Origin: an uncultured Rhodopirellula sp.
GTDB taxonomy: Bacteria; Planctomycetota; Planctomycetia; Pirellulales; Pirellulaceae
Assembly: GCA_964007735.1 (NCBI GenBank)
Contig: CAXGAI010000001.1
Location: 1-64,000 of the forward strand
DNA: 64,000 nt
Direction: 5' to 3'
The position numbers and the translations under genes are program-made. Positions 58,321 to 64,000 of this stretch are shown here, piece by piece (within the stretch, counting starts at the first letter, position 1; each line of letters starts with the position of its first letter). The notes beneath the pieces were generated by a model, which worked only from the letters and a program-made list of their open reading frames with translations, was not told where the DNA came from and did not search any database.

Positions 58321-60369
58321 CTAGTGGACCCGTTGTCCAGGCTGAGCGCCTTCATCAATGTTTAGCATGAATACATCCTCACCACCTGGGCCGGCGGCTG
58401 TAATCATCCCTTCACTCATTCCAAACCGCATCTTGCGAGGCGCCAAATTGGCGACCATAACGACCAGACGTCCTTCAAGGTCTTCGGGGTTATATGCCTT
58501 TTTAATACCGGCAAAGACCTGACGAGTTTCATCGCCACCAAGACTTAATGTTAGCTTGAGAAGCTTATTGGCTTCTTCAACATGTTCCGCTTTCACGACA
58601 CGGGCTACCCGCAGATCGATTTTGACGAATTCGTCAAAGGTGATCTCCTCGGCAAGTGGTTCGTCAATTAAAGGCTGAGCGCTGTCATTGTATTGCGTGG
58701 TATTCGCTTCAGCGGCCGCTGCTGCGTTTTCTTCTTTTGATTCATCGATCATGGCATCTACATCTTTCTCTTCAATACGTTTCATCATGTGTTCAAATTT
58801 TGCGACCGGCGTACCGGTTAATGGAGTGGCTGCCTGCTCCCAATACGTGATTGGATCTCCTAGCAGCGAGCTCGTCTTTTCTGCAATTTCCGGTAGCACC
58901 GGTTGTAAGTAAATCGCGATTTGGCGGAATAGGTTTAGGGCGACAGTACACACGTCCTGTAATTCCTGCTGTCGCTCAGGATCTTTGCGGAGGTTCCAGG
59001 GTTCGCGGTTTTCCACAAATGGATTTGCCCGGTCAGCCAACTCCATGATCAATCGCATGGCACGATTAAAGTCACAGTTCTCGTATGCAGCCGCGATTGC
59101 TTCACCGGCTTCTGCTCCCTGATTGAACAAACCGCCATCGTCCGGATATTCGGTCGACAAGCCAAGATCCTCAACGAACTTCGCGGTACGACTTGCCAGA
59201 TTTACGACTTTGCCGACTAGGTCCGTATTCACCTTCGCCGTGAATTCTTTGAGGTTCAGATCCAGATCTTCGACTCGGTTATTGAGCTTGGCTGCGTAGT
59301 AATATCGGAGTGCTGCTGGGTTGAGGTGTTTCAGAAATGTTTCCGCTTTCACGAATGTGCCATCCCGCTTCGACATCTTGCGGCCATCGACGGTTAGAAA
59401 TCCATGGATGTGAATTTTTGTTGGCAGAGTGAATTCGGCAACCTTCAACATGGCAGGCCAGAACAAGGTATGAAAGTAAGTAATGTCTTTGCCGATGAAA
59501 TGATGAATTTCAGTATCCGGGTTTTTCCACCATTGATTGAAGTCGTCACCAGTTCGATCACAGTATTGCTTTGTTGATGCCATGTAACCAATCGGGGCAT
59601 CAAACCAAACGAACCAGAAATGACCTGGAGCGTCGGGAATCTCGAAACCAAAATATGGCTGTGGTCGTGATACGTCCCAGTCGCGGAGAGGCTCATTAAG
59701 AAAATGTCCCTTTAGATAATTTGCAATTTCACTTTGCAGATGATCACCGGATTGAGTCCACTCTTCAAGAAATCCGTGTAACTCTTCAATCTGAATGAAC
59801 AGATGGTCCGCAGTTTTTACAGAAGGCATCGTACCGGAAAGAGTGCTGACTGGATTGACGATTTCACGAGCGCTGTATGTTGCTCCGCATTGATCGCAGC
59901 TATCGCCATACTGTTCTTCCGCACCACATTTTGGACACGTTCCACGAACAAACCGGTCGGCGAGGAAAATTCCCTTTTCATCATCAAAAAGCTGAGTAAC
60001 GGCTTCTTGTCTGATCAGACCGGCATCTCGAAAAGATTGCCAGAACTGTTTGCAAAGCTCGTAGTTCTCGGGGCTGTTAGTGCTACCGTAGTTTTCAAAC
60101 TCAATTCCAAAACCAGCGAAATCGCGCTGGTGTTCGTCTGAGATTCTCGCAATCCATTCTTCTTCCGTACAGCCGGTTCGCTGAGCACTCATCATAATGG
60201 CGGTACCGTGGGTGTCGTCAGCACACAGATAAATGCATTCGTTGCCACGTAACTTTTGGAATTTTACCCAAATATCGGTTTGGATGTATTCCACGAGATG
60301 CCCGATATGAATGGGGCCATTCGCATATGGCAATGCGGAAGTTACGAGGATTTTGCGAGGGTCGGCCAT
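58321..60369 (-). CDS. metG: Methionine--tRNA ligase with C-terminal tRNA-binding domain
   Basis: [17 protein letters not shown] and CDQC knuckles; IGKDI..FH; KMSK; C-terminal DLRVA...[14 protein letters not shown]. Confidence 0.97.
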   Translation of the reverse strand: MADPRKILVTSALPYANGPIHIGHLVEYIQTDIWVKFQKLRGNECIYLCADDTHGTAIMMSAQRTGCTEEEWIARISDEHQRDFAGFGIEFENYGSTNSPENYELCKQFWQSFRDAGLIRQEAVTQLFDDEKGIFLADRFVRGTCPKCGAEEQYGDSCDQCGATYSAREIVNPVSTLSGTMPSVKTADHLFIQIEELHGFLEEWTQSGDHLQSEIANYLKGHFLNEPLRDWDVSRPQPYFGFEIPDAPGHFWFVWFDAPIGYMASTKQYCDRTGDDFNQWWKNPDTEIHHFIGKDITYFHTLFWPAMLKVAEFTLPTKIHIHGFLTVDGRKMSKRDGTFVKAETFLKHLNPAALRYYYAAKLNNRVEDLDLNLKEFTAKVNTDLVGKVVNLASRTAKFVEDLGLSTEYPDDGGLFNQGAEAGEAIAAAYENCDFNRAMRLIMELADRANPFVENREPWNLRKDPERQQELQDVCTVALNLFRQIAIYLQPVLPEIAEKTSSLLGDPITYWEQAATPLTGTPVAKFEHMMKRIEEKDVDAMIDESKEENAAAAAEANTTQYNDSAQPLIDEPLAEEITFDEFVKIDLRVARVVKAEHVEEANKLLKLTLSLGGDETRQVFAGIKKAYNPEDLEGRLVVMVANLAPRKMRFGMSEGMITAAGPGGEDVFMLNIDEGAQPGQRVH

Positions 60370-60410
60370 TCGTGTTCTCAAAGCTGTTCGATAAGAAGTA
60401 ACTGGGTTGC

Positions 60411-60878
60411 TTATTCGTCATTCAATTCAAAAATGACTTCAATTTCGGTGGTGATGTTTCCAGGCAGGGCTCCCATGCCAACAGCACTTCGCGCTCCAAC
60501 GCCATTGTCAGGTCCGAATACTTCAGCTAGCAGATCGCTATATCCATTGATGACCTTAGGCTGCTGACCAAAGTCCGGGCTGCAGTTGACCATTCCCAAA
60601 GTTTTGACAACTTTATTGATTCGATCAAGGCTACCTAAGTTTGCTTTTAACGTGGCAAGGATAGCCAGACCGGTTTGGCGGGCTGATTGATATCCGTATT
60701 CCAGATCGACGTCATCACCAACTCGGCCAGTAAACATGGTGCCATCAGGACGGAGTGGGCCATGTCCGGATACATAACACATGTTGCCACTGATTACGAC
60801 AGGCTTGTAGACCCCGCCTGGTTTTGGAGCAGGAGGTAGTTCCAGACCTAGTTCTTGGATTTTGGCATCAGCACTCAT
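60411..60878 (-). CDS. RidA/YjgF/UK114 family protein
   Basis: LGLELP; YVSGHGP; NGYSDLL..VFG; GARSAVG..LP; EIE. Confidence 0.9.
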   Translation of the reverse strand: MSADAKIQELGLELPPAPKPGGVYKPVVISGNMCYVSGHGPLRPDGTMFTGRVGDDVDLEYGYQSARQTGLAILATLKANLGSLDRINKVVKTLGMVNCSPDFGQQPKVINGYSDLLAEVFGPDNGVGARSAVGMGALPGNITTEIEVIFELNDE

Positions 60879-60903
60879 GGTTGTATTCCTTTGTCAGCTT
60901 GGA

Positions 60904-61296
60904 TTATTTATTGTAAACGTCGTCGGGATTTACTAATCGTTCTGCAATGATGTTTAAACCTTTGTCAGTTACTTCGCTAAAGAAGCAGGTTTCATAACCT
61001 TCATGGCATGCGGCTCCTTGCTGGCGAACTCGCATCAGAATGGCATCACGATCGCAGTCCACGAGTAATTGCACAACTTTTTGCACATGCCCGCTTTCTT
61101 CACCTTTGTACCAGAGTTTATTTCGGCTCCGGCTGAAATAAACCCCACGACCGGTACGAAGCGTTTCCTCATAGGCTTCGGCATTCATCCAGGCCAGCAT
61201 CAGAACTTTGCCAGAATCGGCATCCTGTGCAATGGCTGGTAATAATCCGTTATTACGGGAAAAGTCGGGGCGATTTAAGTTGGCGTCGGAAGACAT
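60904..61296 (-). CDS. hisI: Phosphoribosyl-AMP cyclohydrolase
   Basis: [45 protein letters not shown]. Confidence 0.96.
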   Translation of the reverse strand: MSSDANLNRPDFSRNNGLLPAIAQDADSGKVLMLAWMNAEAYEETLRTGRGVYFSRSRNKLWYKGEESGHVQKVVQLLVDCDRDAILMRVRQQGAACHEGYETCFFSEVTDKGLNIIAERLVNPDDVYNK

Positions 61297-61498
61297 TGAA
61301 TTCTCAAAAGATTGGTAATTTTCGTCTGTTCATTATGAAGACTTCTCTCGTGATTTGTAACCATGTTAAACAGGAAACGAACTGAACGCATACGCGGTTT
61401 TTTTAACAGGATGGTCGTCGATTTGGATTGAAGACGGGCCTTGTTCGGGGGCGTTTTTAAGGGTTAGGAAAGAATTAACGGTTTTTTTATTTTTCTAT

Positions 61499-61527
61499 GG
61501 AACGCGCAGGGCTTAGAGCGCGTCTAA
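61499..61527 (+). promoter_or_regulatory. Putative ECF-sigma-type promoter upstream of the XRE regulator
   Basis: GGAAC (61499-61503), 17-nt spacer, CGTCTAA (61521-61527), preceded by a T-rich tract. Confidence 0.45.
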
Positions 61528-61575
61528 CGGGGGTAAGAAACAAATCCGGTATCGAACGAAAGAGGGTAGGTTCCC

Positions 61576-62142
61576 ATGGCAACTGTTGATCTTCAATTCA
61601 ATCTTCTAGACGCGCTGGCCCCGGCTTCCAGGAAAAGAAATAAAGTGGAGGCGAAACCACATCGCCATAAGCGGAAGTTTTCCTTACCAGTGGAACAGGC
61701 CGACCGTCCGATGAACCGGATTGCTTTTGTACGCGAACAACAGGAAATGACACTGCGAAGTGTTGCTCGCCATACAGGTATCGATGTTCGCACACTGCGT
61801 AAGCAGGAAAAACCAACGGCCAATCTGACGCTCACAGAATTAGCAAACTGGAGCAAAGCTCTGGATGTCCCCGTTGTAAATCTTATTGAAGAACCGGAAT
61901 CCACCCTGGAAAACCCCGTTAAAAAGCGGGCTGCTATGGTACGAATCATGCGTAGTGCCATGAGTCTTCAGGAGGAAGCGTCTTCAGAGAAGATGTGTGC
62001 TTTGACGGAGACACTAGTGAGCCAGCTTGTTGAACTCATGCCCGAGCTTGACGGTCTGGCAGCCTGGCCACAATATGGCCAACGTCGTGGGCCGGACGAA
62101 GTTGGTCGTGTTGCTGAACGGCCAATGCGGGTTGACCTCTAA
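61576..62142 (+). CDS. XRE-family helix-turn-helix protein
   Basis: RIAFVREQQEMTLRSVAR...QE...L...SKALDVPV HTH pattern; SD-like GAGGG. Confidence 0.75.
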   Translation: MATVDLQFNLLDALAPASRKRNKVEAKPHRHKRKFSLPVEQADRPMNRIAFVREQQEMTLRSVARHTGIDVRTLRKQEKPTANLTLTELANWSKALDVPVVNLIEEPESTLENPVKKRAAMVRIMRSAMSLQEEASSEKMCALTETLVSQLVELMPELDGLAAWPQYGQRRGPDEVGRVAERPMRVDL

Positions 62143-62221
62143 GGTTGAATGGCCTTCAATCGTTCTCTGATCCCGAGTTCAAATAATTGAGAGCCGCTCC
62201 GCACGGAAACAACGTGCCTAT

Positions 62222-63280
62222 TTACTGATTCCGAATCAGGTCATCAATCCCCAGTCGTTGCATCATCAGGGTGATATACCTTGAACTGACATAAAAACCC
62301 TCGTTGTCTTCATGGTCTGCAGCATTGCAAATTCCAATTAGTTGGCCGTCTTGATTGACTAAGCCACCGCCACTGCGCCCGCCAACAGGAGCGCCGTGAA
62401 TTTGAATGTTATCCGGCCCTTCATAACGGTTAATCGATTTGATGACTGTTCGCTCGAGCGATGGCCTTGCTCCACCATTACTACCCGAAGAGATGACGCG
62501 CTGCTCTTTAGCAGTCATTCCGGGAACAGCAATCTTGACCGGAGTAATCCCGCCATCAAAAGGAATGGTTACCAGAGCCACATCGTATTCGTTGGCATCA
62601 TAGATAAGAACTTGTCCCTTAACCTGTTTCATACCACCTGGATAAAACACATCAACACGGACAGTCATTTTATCTTTTCCATCGCGGAACAAATGTCCGC
62701 AAGTGGCAATCAGAGCCCGACCTGGTTGCGAATGAATGATAGTTCCACTGCCATATGAGATCCCGGAGGCATCGTTTAATTTGATTCGAACAGTGGCACG
62801 CAGAAGTTGGCGTCCAACGGAAGGAGATAGCATTTGGGTGAGGGGTTGTATTCGCGCCCGGTTGACAGTCATCCAGCGGGAATGGGATGCTTTTTCGAAG
62901 GGGCCATCGACGATGGGGGTTCGGGAAATAGTAGATACTGAATGGCTCACCTTTGGTTTCTCTTTGGAGGCCTTTATTGAGTCAATAAAGGTGTGTAGCT
63001 TTTGCTCTGTTAGGTAGCCAATTCGTCGATCTTCAATCCGGCCCTTTCGTAGGATCACGGTGGTTGGGAGCTCTTTGACACCATAACGTTTTACGAGCGA
63101 CTCATTTTTTGTGACATCCACAATTCGAATGTCATAGCCGTCCTGCTTTAGTGATGCGATACCAGGTTTCATTTGCTGGCAAGCCGAACACCACGGCGCA
63201 GTAAAGTGAACGACAATTGGCGAATCAGCTTTGGAATCCGGGGCGAACAATAGCCCTAGCAGTATGACGTAAAATGACAC
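62222..63280 (-). CDS. Secreted thioredoxin domain + trypsin-like serine protease fusion
   Basis: FTAPWCSAC...LPT (thioredoxin fold); GSGTII, TCGH, DVAL and GRSGGGL catalytic triad motifs. Confidence 0.85.
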   Translation of the reverse strand: MSFYVILLGLLFAPDSKADSPIVVHFTAPWCSACQQMKPGIASLKQDGYDIRIVDVTKNESLVKRYGVKELPTTVILRKGRIEDRRIGYLTEQKLHTFIDSIKASKEKPKVSHSVSTISRTPIVDGPFEKASHSRWMTVNRARIQPLTQMLSPSVGRQLLRATVRIKLNDASGISYGSGTIIHSQPGRALIATCGHLFRDGKDKMTVRVDVFYPGGMKQVKGQVLIYDANEYDVALVTIPFDGGITPVKIAVPGMTAKEQRVISSGSNGGARPSLERTVIKSINRYEGPDNIQIHGAPVGGRSGGGLVNQDGQLIGICNAADHEDNEGFYVSSRYITLMMQRLGIDDLIRNQ

Positions 63281-63393
63281 AGGCGGATGACACCTACAGT
63301 AACGGTAGCGAGAAATAAGCGTGACGAGCGGATGGGTAATTTGATGGACATTGCCGTTTTAGGCAAGCCCAGTTGCCACTACGGTCGCCGGGG

Positions 63394-63999
63394 TTAACCC
63401 AGGAGTTTTCCATCGAGCTGTGATTCAATGGCTGCGACGATCTCACTTCGCACACCGTCGGCCTGTTCGTTGGTCATGGTTTGATCACTTCGGCGAAGCT
63501 TTACCGTGAACAGCACTCGTTTTACGTCGGCCCCATCTCGTTCAGGATCGCGATAGGTTTCCTGATAGGTGATATCTTCAAGTTGTTCGGCATCGACGGC
63601 ACTCCGTACACTAGCCTCCAAAGCGTCCCAACGGACGGATTCGGAGAGCACAATATTCAGGTCTCTCGTTATCGCAGGGAAGTTGCTTAGTTGAGAATGC
63701 TGAGGGATTAGAGTTGAGTGTTGTACCAATAAATCCATTCGGATTTCGGCAATGCTAGCTGGACTGCGTAATGAGAAGGCCTTAAGTCCGGCTTCATTTA
63801 CTTCACCAAGGAAACCGAAGTGCTCACCGTTTAAAGTTAGTGAAGCACAATAGTCAGCATGTAGTAAATCTTGTGCTGTTGTTTCGACATCTAACGGACG
63901 GTCAATTTTTAGTGAACGTAAAGCCGTTTCGATGACGCCTTTCAGGTGCTGGAATCCGTGTCCGCTGGTGATCCCCAATGTCCATTGTTCCTGCGGCAA
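63394..63999 (-). CDS. pheT: Phenylalanine--tRNA ligase beta subunit, C-terminal part (5'-truncated by the window)
   Basis: LKGVIE; GFLGEV; SNFPAITRDL; FDX-ACB domain with TMT..EQAD. Confidence 0.9.
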   Translation of the reverse strand: MPQEQWTLGITSGHGFQHLKGVIETALRSLKIDRPLDVETTAQDLLHADYCASLTLNGEHFGFLGEVNEAGLKAFSLRSPASIAEIRMDLLVQHSTLIPQHSQLSNFPAITRDLNIVLSESVRWDALEASVRSAVDAEQLEDITYQETYRDPERDGADVKRVLFTVKLRRSDQTMTNEQADGVRSEIVAAIESQLDGKLLG

Positions 64000-64000
64000 A

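Noticed and set aside
1..64000. CRISPR arrays, tRNA/rRNA genes, IS elements, prophage or anti-phage defence genes
   Set aside because: No regularly spaced repeats, cloverleafs, transposase, integrase or nuclease motifs were seen by eye, and intergenic gaps are all under about 280 nt

Overview
A gene-dense 64 kb bacterial chromosome segment, very likely from a Planctomycete, judged by its Planctomycete-typical DUF1549/DUF1553, DUF1501, DUF1592/DUF1552 and DUF1080 families. Positions 1-50086 are one co-directional (+) run of mostly exported proteins. It holds seven DUF1501 proteins, three PSCyt1-DUF1549-DUF1553 c-type cytochrome proteins, two Ig-domain DUF1549/DUF1553 proteins with PPC-repeat partners and one DUF1592/DUF1552 pair. 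Interleaved are carbohydrate- and ester-processing enzymes: tandem DUF1080, an esterase, a TIM-barrel isomerase, Gfo/Idh/MocA, SMP-30, a double sulfatase and SGNH. The right part holds a GH5, an FGE-like protein, floA, a split NMT1-type ABC transporter with a short CbiX, MscS, metG, RidA, hisI, an XRE regulator, a thioredoxin-trypsin fusion and the 3' end of pheT. I saw no rRNA, tRNA, CRISPR array or mobile element. The most interesting signals are: (i) a modular, uncharacterised extracytoplasmic DUF1501 plus heme-protein system that splits into two co-segregating subtypes; (ii) a conserved Cys in the Tat leader of one subtype; (iii) a recurrent TAnnnT-N6-ATG leaderless-promoter architecture, with a CCCRCCT motif at the 5' ends of four DUF1549/DUF1553 genes; (iv) an abrupt GC shift inside the first ORF. 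All family calls come from motif recognition by eye, not database searches.
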